From assembly GCA_027001995.1 (NCBI GenBank), contig JALTLO010000125.1, forward strand, positions 1 through 14,076: DNA of 14,076 nt, read 5' to 3'. Positions within the stretch are counted from its first letter, which is position 1, and each line of letters opens with the position of its first letter. Source of the DNA: Planctomycetota bacterium. Its GTDB lineage: Bacteria > Planctomycetota > GCA-002687715 > DRQF01. Shown one piece after another: positions 1 to 7,834 of this stretch. A model generated the notes under the pieces. It was not told the origin of the DNA, ran no database searches, and saw only the letters and a program-made list of their open reading frames with translations. A program made the translations under genes and the position numbers.

Positions 1-601
1 TACTTTCGGTGTCTTTGTGACGAGCCTTCAGGACTAGTTTCTCGATTTGTTCTTCTAAGGAGGCAAAAGCTGCATTCCGCTTCTTTCGCCCGGCATTGTC
101 AATCTTGCTAATTTCCGACAAACAGGAGTCGAAAAGCTGGTCAACCATCGCTGGATCCAACTCTGGATGCTCTTCAAGCAGGATTTGCTTGTTCAATGCT
201 AAGCCAGCTAAAGACACCTCAGAACTTGCCTGAACGCTCTGACGCCCCCCCCAGAAGGCCGCTCCGGCCAACAGGAGGACACATGCTGCCCGGGCCAAAG
301 TTTGAAAATTTGGGAAAAATCTTCCGGTTGTTGGCTCGGCCTCAGCTTTGGAAGAAGGAGAAGAGAAAATGTGATCTCCTAAGGCCTCCGCTAAACCCAA
401 GGGGACTTCGATGGATTCCTTGTCTTGGATCAAAAATGCAGCCATTTGCCTTTCTTCACCGTAATAGGTGGCCAATTGCTCATCTTCTTCTAAGGCTTGG
501 TGTAATTCCGCCAACTCCTCTGGTTGAATCATGCCGTCCAATTCTCTTTGAATCAGAATCTTATAGCGTTCATCGTTCATGTCATTATTGTTCGTGTTCA
601 T
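1..601 (-). CDS. Putative transmembrane anti-sigma factor (partial, C-terminus runs off the window)
   Basis: Hand translation from ATG at 601, which overlaps the sigma TGA as ATGA, is open for 200 codons to the window edge: MNTNNNDMNDERYKILIQRELDGMIQPEELAELHQALEEDEQLATYYGEERQMAAFL...ARAACVLLLAGAAFWGGRQ... The N-terminal 'LxxxLDGxLxxEExxxLxxxL' pattern is typical of anti-sigma domains. One hydrophobic segment follows, and the gene lies directly downstream of an ECF sigma. Confidence 0.8.
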   Translation of the reverse strand, partial: MNTNNNDMNDERYKILIQRELDGMIQPEELAELHQALEEDEQLATYYGEERQMAAFLIQDKESIEVPLGLAEALGDHIFSSPSSKAEAEPTTGRFFPNFQTLARAACVLLLAGAAFWGGRQSVQASSEVSLAGLALNKQILLEEHPELDPAMVDQLFDSCLSEISKIDNAGRKKRNAAFASLEEQIEKLVLKARHKDTES

Positions 602-1212
602 TTGAGGTAAGCCACCATTTTCTCTTTGAGTCGGGCTCGGGCGCGGAAAAGACGAGACTCCACGGTTCCTTTGGAGCAACCAAGGACTTCAGCGATCTCT
701 TCATAGGCCAATTCTTCGTATTCACGAAGGACAAGGATGTCACGATACTTTGCCGGAAGCTCGCTAATTGACTTGGCTAGAGTGTCTCGGAGTTCAGAGC
801 CTGAAAGTTCGGTTCCTGGGGCAGGGCGTGCGTCCGGGGCATCAAATCCCGCCAAATCTTCTAAGCTTGTGGTACTTCGATTGCGGCGTTTTTTTAGGTG
901 ATCCGAAGCCGTGTTGAGGGCAATACGATAGACCCAAGTGTAGAACGCCGACTTCCAAGCAAATCCATCGATTTTTCGATAGACCTTAAAAAACACTTCC
1001 TGGAGGACGTCTTCGGCTTCGCTTCGGTCTGAGACCATACCGCTGACAAGGGTAAATATACGTGGTGTATAGTTCTCAATGAGCTGGCGAAACGCTGCTT
1101 CGTCGCCACTCTGCGCCTGTTTCACCAACTCACGATCATCTTCAGATCGTGGGGACTTTGCCACGCTTTTTCTCCTCGTGACTAAGTTTCTGACCGCCAA
1201 GAGCGTTGCCAT
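598..1212 (-). CDS. rpoE: ECF (group IV) RNA polymerase sigma factor, RpoE/SigW-like
   Basis: Region 2 (DDRELVKQAQSGDEAAFRQLI; AEDVLQEVFFKVYR; SAFYTWVYRIALN) and region 4 (LPAKYRDILVLREYEELAYEEIAEVLGCSKGTVESRLFRAR). I prefer ATG at 1212, which has GGAGA just upstream, over the track's TTG at 1230. The symbol denotes family, not proven orthology. Confidence 0.93.
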   Translation of the reverse strand: MATLLAVRNLVTRRKSVAKSPRSEDDRELVKQAQSGDEAAFRQLIENYTPRIFTLVSGMVSDRSEAEDVLQEVFFKVYRKIDGFAWKSAFYTWVYRIALNTASDHLKKRRNRSTTSLEDLAGFDAPDARPAPGTELSGSELRDTLAKSISELPAKYRDILVLREYEELAYEEIAEVLGCSKGTVESRLFRARARLKEKMVAYLK

Positions 1213-1347
1213 GATGGGTCTCCGTTCCAATTGGACACACCTTCGACGACAAGTCTATGGCAAATCTTCCTCAAAACTTTGACTGACTGGCGGACTGGAT
1301 GAAGCCAGCCCTGGATACCCAAGTCTATGCTACGCCATGGCTTGGCG

Positions 1348-2490
1348 TCAATCGCCAAAAGGTTCCACGGCAACGACATTCAAATTGTAACCCGAAAGAT
1401 TACGCTTCCGCGGCCCGCCATTGCTCAAAAGCCGAATCTCCCGAATCCCTAGATCAGCCAGTATCTGGGCTCCGGTGCCATAGTTGCGTTCATCCATGGT
1501 TTGGCGGGTTGAGGCAGGGTTGTCGGGAGAAGACCCGAATTCCGAGATAGTTGCCGCGAGGCTTGCCCCCCGTTCCCCTTGGCGCATGTAGAGAAAGAAA
1601 CCTCGGTCTTCTTGGCTGAGTCGCCTGAGGGCAGCTTCAACTTCACCGCTCCGGCCACCGATGGGGCTGCCAAAAACATCACTGGTGAGACATTCGGCGT
1701 GGACCCGACCTAAGACGGGTTGGTCGATGGATTCCCCTGGACTGCCGTCTTCGGGAAGGTCAATCCCTTTTACCAAGGCCAAGTGCTGCCTTTGGTCAAA
1801 AGGCGAAGAATACAAATGGAGGGTGAAATCACCCCATGGAGTGGGAAAAGGGGAAGAAGCGACTCGTTCTACTAATTTCTCGTTCTTCCTGCGATATTCA
1901 ATGAGGTTGGCAATGGAGCCAATTTTGAGGCCGTGTTTCTTGGCGTATGGGATCAAGTCCGGAAGACGGGACATGGTTCCATCTTCGTTCATGATCTCCA
2001 TGATCACCGCAGCTTCGGGGGCCCCGCAGAGACGGGCCAAGTCGACGGTGGCTTCTGTATGGCCGGGGCGTACCAGCACACCGCCTCGGCGGGCACGAAT
2101 GGGCTGGAGATGACCTGGTTTGACCAAATCTTTGGCGGAAACTTCAGGGTTCGTACAAGCCCGAATTGTGGTCCAACGATCAGCAGAAGAGACGCCCGTG
2201 GTAATACCCTGAGCCGCGTCAATTGTCTCTGTGAAAGCGGTGCTGAAGAACCTGGGGCCACTGCCTTTTGTTTGAACCGTAAGCCGGAGCCGGTCACAGA
2301 TGTCTGCGGAGAGTGCCAGGCACAAGAGCCCACGGGCTTCCCGGAGCATGAAATTGACTTGGTCTGGCGTGATGCGGTCTGCCAGGGCGACCAAATCTCC
2401 TTCGTTTTCCCGATCTTCGGCATCCGTGAGGACAACGATACGGCCAGCTTTGAGTTCTTCGATGATTTCCGGTGTGGAAGAAAATGGCAT
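1348..2490 (-). CDS. ribB: 3,4-dihydroxy-2-butanone-4-phosphate synthase fused to a degenerate GTP cyclohydrolase II domain (RibBA/RibBX)
   Basis: RibB motifs are intact: DAEDRENEGDL, GLLCLAL, TAFTETIDA, TTGVSSADR, PGHL, RPGHTEATVDL. The C-terminal half is RibA-like (RVHAECLTSDVFGS, DERNYGTGAQILADLGIREIRLLSN). Probable start is ATG 2490 (MPFSSTPEIIEELKAG); the track extends to 2556. Confidence 0.92.
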   Translation of the reverse strand: MPFSSTPEIIEELKAGRIVVLTDAEDRENEGDLVALADRITPDQVNFMLREARGLLCLALSADICDRLRLTVQTKGSGPRFFSTAFTETIDAAQGITTGVSSADRWTTIRACTNPEVSAKDLVKPGHLQPIRARRGGVLVRPGHTEATVDLARLCGAPEAAVIMEIMNEDGTMSRLPDLIPYAKKHGLKIGSIANLIEYRRKNEKLVERVASSPFPTPWGDFTLHLYSSPFDQRQHLALVKGIDLPEDGSPGESIDQPVLGRVHAECLTSDVFGSPIGGRSGEVEAALRRLSQEDRGFFLYMRQGERGASLAATISEFGSSPDNPASTRQTMDERNYGTGAQILADLGIREIRLLSNGGPRKRNLSGYNLNVVAVEPFGD

Positions 2491-2668
2491 TTGAGGTGGC
2501 CCTTCGCCTTGATCATTCTTCTTGACGCCGCCGTCCTTGGCGATGTCTGCGAACACCCTGATTTTTGGGTGCTTTTTTGCAGCGAACTCAGGATAGCATG
2601 GGGAGAAAGCTGTCGAAAGTCGCCAAGCCTTCCTCGCTGTGCCTCCTGAAAATGGCTATGGTTCAGCT

Positions 2669-3619
2669 ATGGGAAAGAAAAAGACCTCAGATTCGTCTGA
2701 ACAACATTTTACTGGCCGCGTCATCCGAGTTGATTCACGGATGTGCCAAGTGGACGCGGATGGCCAGATCCACAAATGCCGCATGCGTGGACTGCTGTTT
2801 CGCGATGAAAAGGAATTCTCAAGGCCCGTGGCAGTAGGGGATCAAGTTGTAGTTGAGAGGCTCAAGACGCCACCCCACGTTGTTGTTGAGGTGAAGGAAC
2901 GGAAAACATACCTAGCCCGCAGGAAGGCTGGTGGTCGTTCTCGGCAGATTATTGCTGCCAATATCGATCAGGCAGTGATGGTCTTGGCGGTAGCCAATCC
3001 CCAGCTCAACCCCCGGCTTTTGGACCGCATGCTCGTTGCCGCGGAACATGGTGGCTTCGAACCGCTCATCGTTCTCAACAAAGTGGATCTCTTGGTCGAA
3101 TTGTCAGACTTGGATCCCATTGCGAATCTCTACCGAGATCTGGGATATCGTGTGCTTTTGACCAGCACGATCTCCGGACATGGCATCGACGATCTTATTG
3201 CCGCCGTCATCGATAGGATTTCTGTGTTCTCAGGCATGAGTGGCGTTGGCAAGTCGGCTCTTTTGACCCGTATTCAACCGAATTTATCTTTGACGTCAAA
3301 GCAAGTATCAAACGCCACGGGGAAAGGGCGCCACACCACAACCCACGCAAGTTTGATTCCTCTGGAAATAGGGGGCTACGTTGTTGATACCCCGGGCATC
3401 CGTGAATTCGGATTGATCGATTTGGAGCCATGGGAGGTGGGGCGGCAGTTCGTCGAATTTCGCCCCTATTTGTCGACCTGCAAGTTTCGAACATGTACTC
3501 ATGATCACGAAATTGGTTGCGCTGTGAAACAAGCGGTGGACGATGACAAAATCGATGCCTATCGTTTCGATTCGTATCTTCGAATCTTAGAGACTGTTCG
3601 TAGTGAATCGGATCTCTAA
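2669..3619 (+). CDS. rsgA: Ribosome small subunit-dependent GTPase A
   Basis: N-terminal OB-fold (CRMRG, VAVGDQV), AANIDQ, circularly permuted GTPase motifs NKVD / GMSGVGKS / GKGRHTTT / DTPGIRE, and C-terminal Zn site CKFRTCTHDHEIGCAV. ATG at 2669 chosen; the track starts at GTG 2639. Confidence 0.97.
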   Translation: MGKKKTSDSSEQHFTGRVIRVDSRMCQVDADGQIHKCRMRGLLFRDEKEFSRPVAVGDQVVVERLKTPPHVVVEVKERKTYLARRKAGGRSRQIIAANIDQAVMVLAVANPQLNPRLLDRMLVAAEHGGFEPLIVLNKVDLLVELSDLDPIANLYRDLGYRVLLTSTISGHGIDDLIAAVIDRISVFSGMSGVGKSALLTRIQPNLSLTSKQVSNATGKGRHTTTHASLIPLEIGGYVVDTPGIREFGLIDLEPWEVGRQFVEFRPYLSTCKFRTCTHDHEIGCAVKQAVDDDKIDAYRFDSYLRILETVRSESDL

Positions 3620-3626
3620 CCGCCGG

Positions 3627-4049
3627 TTAGCCATAAGTGAGAATCTTGTAAGTCCATGATACCCCGAAGATGAAGAGGGCTATGAAAATCCAATACCCGG
3701 TCCACTTTCCTATGAAGAAGCGCCCAACCGGTTCTCCTGTGAGCATAGAATGGACGAGTATCCCGGGGAGCACCAAGCACAGGAGGCAAAGGAGGGTGCC
3801 TGCTGGATTGGCGGCGAGGGCACTGGGGATCTGCAGCCGAACGGTGTGGGCAAAAGACGTTGTCATGCCGCAAGTGGGGCAAGGATGCCCATGGCTCTTG
3901 AGATAACCACAGGGTTCCAAACCCAATTGCTCATGAGACCCAAATCCCCGTCCGTCTGGCTCTACTGAAAAGGCCGTGCCTATAAGCCAAAAACACCCGA
4001 TGATGATGCCTATCTTGAGGATCTTGTCAAAGAGCCATGGGGAAATCAT
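3627..4049 (-). CDS. DUF2752-family membrane protein
   Basis: Signature PCGYLKSHGHPCPTCGMTTSF...ANP plus three hydrophobic segments. The start overlaps the upstream stop (ATGA). Confidence 0.8.
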   Translation of the reverse strand: MISPWLFDKILKIGIIIGCFWLIGTAFSVEPDGRGFGSHEQLGLEPCGYLKSHGHPCPTCGMTTSFAHTVRLQIPSALAANPAGTLLCLLCLVLPGILVHSMLTGEPVGRFFIGKWTGYWIFIALFIFGVSWTYKILTYG

Positions 4050-4786
4050 CGATCAACTCGTGCCAGAATGCTGAAGAAGCCGCAGAGCTTGCCTTGCCGA
4101 TAAAACTGGGGATGACGATACAATTTTTGGATGCGACGAACAGTTTCCTGCTTTCCTACCATCACGGGGCTCTCACTTAAGATCTTCTTCATGTTCAAAC
4201 GCCGGAAAGGCCAGGGAGGATAAGTCGCATCGTCTTCTTTCTTAATTCCGAAAATCGTCAGTGCTTGCAGGACATAAGGTTTCCATGGCTTAGGCTTGAG
4301 CCAGGAGCTCAAGAACTTTCTAAGTTGGGCTTGAGGCAGGTAGTATATGGCTTTTGTTCCATTGGCCAAGGTGCGCGTTAACACCAAATCGTCGTCGGCT
4401 TTGGCTCTTTTCGGAAGCAACTCCACATCATCGATCATCTGATGAAGGGTGGCACGGGAGATCTTGCTGCATTCATAGGCCAGGTCAGGTTTCTGCCAAT
4501 TCACTTTCGAAATCACCAGAAGATTTCCTTTGGCCCAAAATAGAGGCTGTGGCTGTTTTCTTATGTTCGCCTCGCCATGAAACACCCGTATTGCGGCGAA
4601 ACGGCCCGGGCGATGGTAGGAATGAGCGTCAGTTTTCTTTTCTGGAGGGGGGGTATACTTCTTCGGGTGGTTTTCTGCCAGATCAAAACGATTGTCGACT
4701 GTGTCTTTCCATTGATAGGCCGACCAAGCTGCGAAGCACAAGCCAATGAAGAAGATGACAGAATAGAGTTTGAAGGACTTGGTCAA
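4046..4786 (-). CDS. Hypothetical N-terminally membrane-anchored basic protein
   Basis: 246-aa ORF filling the gap between its neighbours with 4-bp overlaps at both ends (TTGA and ATGA). N-terminal hydrophobic helix LYSVIFFIGLCFAAWSAY. No family recognised. Confidence 0.75.
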   Translation of the reverse strand: MTKSFKLYSVIFFIGLCFAAWSAYQWKDTVDNRFDLAENHPKKYTPPPEKKTDAHSYHRPGRFAAIRVFHGEANIRKQPQPLFWAKGNLLVISKVNWQKPDLAYECSKISRATLHQMIDDVELLPKRAKADDDLVLTRTLANGTKAIYYLPQAQLRKFLSSWLKPKPWKPYVLQALTIFGIKKEDDATYPPWPFRRLNMKKILSESPVMVGKQETVRRIQKLYRHPQFYRQGKLCGFFSILARVDR

Positions 4787-7512
4787 CGGCTGGGAACTCG
4801 CTTTTTCTTCTTAGGTTTCTTCTTAAAGAGGATCTCGAATTCGATTTCGCGACCGTCTTTAATACTGAATTCATCTTCAAAGGGTAGGTAGTTAGAGTAT
4901 CTAGCTGTGATGCGATAGGTCCCTCCAGGGAGCCCGGTGATGAGCTGGACACGACTGCGATTGATGTAGGTGCTCTTTTCGTAGCGCAGTTCGTAGTTTG
5001 CTCCCTTGTTGCTCCATCCACGGCGACGCATCTCAATAGGTTGGCCATCTAAAGCATAGATGCGAACTTGTGTCCAATTGATTCTCTTTTCGTCTTCGGT
5101 GGCGGCGGAGATGCGAACCAAACTCGGCTTTCGTGCTGTGAGGGATACGTTGGCCAATTCCCCGGCGAAGACACTGACTGGCGAGCGTAAGATGAGGGGC
5201 AGTACGTTTCTGCGTTCGAAAGCAAACTCGTAGTTGCCGGTTTCTAAGGAATTGACGTAAAAGTAGCCGTCGGTTTCTGTGCGACCCAACCGAGAGAACT
5301 TAGTGTTCTCGTCGGCATTCGCCGCACGATAGTAAATCTCGGTATGGGAGACGCCATTCCCGAATTGGTCCTTGACCCATCCTTCCACCGCTCCACCGGG
5401 AGTGAGTTTGATCTCCAGCTCTTCAGGCTCAGCAGTCACAGAGATAGCCACGGCATCCTTCTTGTATTCTGTGTGCCCCGGAGAAACGATGACCAACCTG
5501 TAGGTTCCGTCTGGAGCGAAGATCTTGAATTTACCAGCTCGATCACGGACCCAGATCGAACGATAGGTCCGCCAATTGTTTTCTCCTCGACCACTCTGTT
5601 TCTGGAGATTGACTGTATAGCGCGGAACCGGCTTATTGGTTTTCTTGTCTTTGACTTGACCCCAAGCGTAGCCATCGGGTCGCAATTCAAAATCAAGAAC
5701 ATCTTCGACAGGGAAAACTTTCTTCTTGGTGTCAACAGAGAACCCATCTGCCCGGGCGGAGGCTGTGTAGGGGCCTTCCCCTAAGTTGGTGATCTCATAG
5801 TTGCCTTGTGCATCGGTCTTACCCCGTCCCCAGCTTCGGTTGCTATTGATGGTGATGCGCGCATCGGGGATGGGTTTGCCATCTTCTGTCTTGACGCTCC
5901 CTTTGACGATACCACCACCTTTGAGAATGAAATCGACCCCTTCGTTGCTGGCCGATCCAACGACTTTGATGTTTTGTTTGTACTGTGTGGCGAATCCCCT
6001 TGCGGTAGCAGAAACACGGTACTTCCCTTCAGACAGTTGGCTGAAGGAGAATTTGCCATCTTCACCAGTGAGCATGTACTTCGAATTGCCTTGGCCCTGG
6101 TCGTTCCACTCGTAGACATTGGCGGGGGAAAGAGTCATTTTGACACCCTTGATTGGGGCGCCGTTCTCACCGTTGACTTGGCCAGCGACCAAGCCGCCGC
6201 TCCGCATGATGAGTGTGAAGTCCTTTTCCTTCTGTTCAGTCTTGATCTTAAACTTCTTGGAGAATGTGTCGGCCCAACCTTTTGCCGTGGCTCGAATGCG
6301 ATACTGACTCCAGCTTTGCCGTCGAATGCCGGAGATGGTCGCTCGACCGTTCTCATCTGTTGTGGCTTTGAGTCTGGTGTCGTTGGAGCTGTACATATAG
6401 TCACCGCCCCATGTCTCGAAAATCTTCACTTCGACGTTGGGAACTTCGCTGCCTTTCTCATCGAAGACGGTCACGTTGAGGGTACCACCCTTGTCCAATT
6501 CGATTTTCAGGTCAGCAGTTTCACGGCTACCGGCCAAACCGACGGTACGATTGTGAGTCAAGTATCCTTCGGCAAAGACTTGAATGTTTTGAGTCTTTTT
6601 CTCCAAACCACCAATCCGAAAACGCCCGAAATCGTCCCCGGTGACCGTCTCTGTTCCGACTTTGATGGTCGCCTTGGCAATCCACTCACCCTCTTTGTTG
6701 GTGACGATGCCCTTAATGGCACGGCCGGCTCCCATCGTCACTGCAAGTTCTGTGATTTTTCCCTGTTCGATGTTGACCAATTGATCCTTGATAGGAACGA
6801 AGTCTTTGGCCTGAAGAGAGACGTAAATATCCCCGACGTAAATACCGTAGATAAGAGCTGTTCCGGTCTCGTCGCTGACTCCTGATTCGGACCACACACC
6901 TTTATGTTGCTTCAGGGTAATCTTGGCACCTGCGACAGCCTTGCCAGTTTCCTGGGCTGTGACTTTGATCTTGATCGCACCACCCACCTTGAGTTGTACT
7001 TTGAGATCTGCCCCCGCAGCTACATCCGTTTCAATGTGGGGAGCAAATGCCAAATGGCGAAAGCGGACACGGTGAAGACCGTTGGTGGGGACTTCGATAC
7101 TGAATCGGCCTTCCTCATTGGTAGTCGCTGAACCTTGGTGTTTTCGGATCAAACCATAGTTGAGTTGGCCATAGGGGAAGAACATCTTGCTGGAAACGGC
7201 GACCTCGGCAAGCGGCTCCCCTTCATGGTCCAAGACTGTCCCGACGATGGTGCCTTCCTCGGCTATGATCTCAACTGGCTTATCCGCGCTCTGTTTGTCG
7301 TTGTCATTTTTTGGACCTGTATTTTCGCGCCGACCTGGGCCGGTACTGCGGGAAACGGCAGAATGAGCCAGGTTGGTCCCCTCTGTTAAGTCAATCGGTG
7401 TGTCGTCGAATTCGTCGGTTTCGTTAGAACCGTAGACAAGACCAAAAGTGCCAGCGGCAATGGCCATAAACACGATTGCTAAGATGAGGAAAAGCCGATC
7501 TGCTCTTGCCAT
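4783..7512 (-). CDS. Membrane-anchored protein with about nine tandem carboxypeptidase-regulatory-like (prealbumin-fold) repeats
   Basis: N-terminal TM (LFLILAIVFMAIAAGTFGLV), then repeats of consensus GxIxGxVxDxxGxPIxxAxV...TDxxGxFxIxGLxxGxYxVxAxAxGF. ATG 7512 or GTG 7539 are both possible starts. Confidence 0.88.
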   Translation of the reverse strand: MARADRLFLILAIVFMAIAAGTFGLVYGSNETDEFDDTPIDLTEGTNLAHSAVSRSTGPGRRENTGPKNDNDKQSADKPVEIIAEEGTIVGTVLDHEGEPLAEVAVSSKMFFPYGQLNYGLIRKHQGSATTNEEGRFSIEVPTNGLHRVRFRHLAFAPHIETDVAAGADLKVQLKVGGAIKIKVTAQETGKAVAGAKITLKQHKGVWSESGVSDETGTALIYGIYVGDIYVSLQAKDFVPIKDQLVNIEQGKITELAVTMGAGRAIKGIVTNKEGEWIAKATIKVGTETVTGDDFGRFRIGGLEKKTQNIQVFAEGYLTHNRTVGLAGSRETADLKIELDKGGTLNVTVFDEKGSEVPNVEVKIFETWGGDYMYSSNDTRLKATTDENGRATISGIRRQSWSQYRIRATAKGWADTFSKKFKIKTEQKEKDFTLIMRSGGLVAGQVNGENGAPIKGVKMTLSPANVYEWNDQGQGNSKYMLTGEDGKFSFSQLSEGKYRVSATARGFATQYKQNIKVVGSASNEGVDFILKGGGIVKGSVKTEDGKPIPDARITINSNRSWGRGKTDAQGNYEITNLGEGPYTASARADGFSVDTKKKVFPVEDVLDFELRPDGYAWGQVKDKKTNKPVPRYTVNLQKQSGRGENNWRTYRSIWVRDRAGKFKIFAPDGTYRLVIVSPGHTEYKKDAVAISVTAEPEELEIKLTPGGAVEGWVKDQFGNGVSHTEIYYRAANADENTKFSRLGRTETDGYFYVNSLETGNYEFAFERRNVLPLILRSPVSVFAGELANVSLTARKPSLVRISAATEDEKRINWTQVRIYALDGQPIEMRRRGWSNKGANYELRYEKSTYINRSRVQLITGLPGGTYRITARYSNYLPFEDEFSIKDGREIEFEILFKKKPKKKKRVPSR

Positions 7513-7560
7513 ATTTCTTGACCCTTCGTTACGCTCCACTTGAAATCTTAGAGGTAATTC

Positions 7561-7635
7561 TGGTCGGCTGCAACAAGAAAGAGCGCCTTCGAATTTCGCT
7601 ATCGAAGGACGCTCGCTGCGGAGTTGCGCCGATCA
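7561..7635. other. Long nested hairpin; inner part resembles a minus-strand intrinsic terminator
   Basis: Outer arms TGGTCGGC(T)GCAAC / GTTGCGCCGATCA and inner arms GAGCGCCTTCGA / TCGAAGG(A)CGCTC. On the minus strand the inner stem is followed by TTTCTT. Confidence 0.6.
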
Positions 7636-7834
7636 CATGAATCCCAAGCTCGCGCTATTGACGACTTTGCAGACAAGAGTGCTATCAGAGCATCGGATTC
7701 TCACGAGATTGAGAAAGAAGGCCACGCCACTTTCGAGCACCTATTCTGTATTGTCACACCAAGAGGTTTCTTCAGCTCTGACGCCTAAATTTGTGATTGG
7801 TTTCATCTGATTCTAAATTTCTTTTGAATCCTGT

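Noticed and set aside
196..771. 191-aa plus-strand ORF
   Set aside because: Antisense shadow of the sigma and anti-sigma genes, which have clear motifs and an ATGA coupling.
1348..2490. Pseudogene call for ribBA
   Set aside because: The frame is intact and RibB catalytic motifs are conserved. Only the RibA active-site residues are substituted.
2491..2668. FMN riboswitch upstream of ribB
   Set aside because: No AGGGCGGGGYGRAAUUCCCYACCGGCGGU-like core on the minus strand. The region is a short divergent promoter gap.
4647..4653. G7 tract as a phase-variation site
   Set aside because: It is explained by a Thr-Pro-Pro-Pro stretch and is too short to be convincing.
5806..6885. 359-aa plus-strand ORF (and other plus-strand ORFs at 1933..2649, 5344..5784, 10170..10610, 10486..11082)
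   Set aside because: They lie antisense to well-supported genes, lack motifs, and are expected shadows at this base composition.
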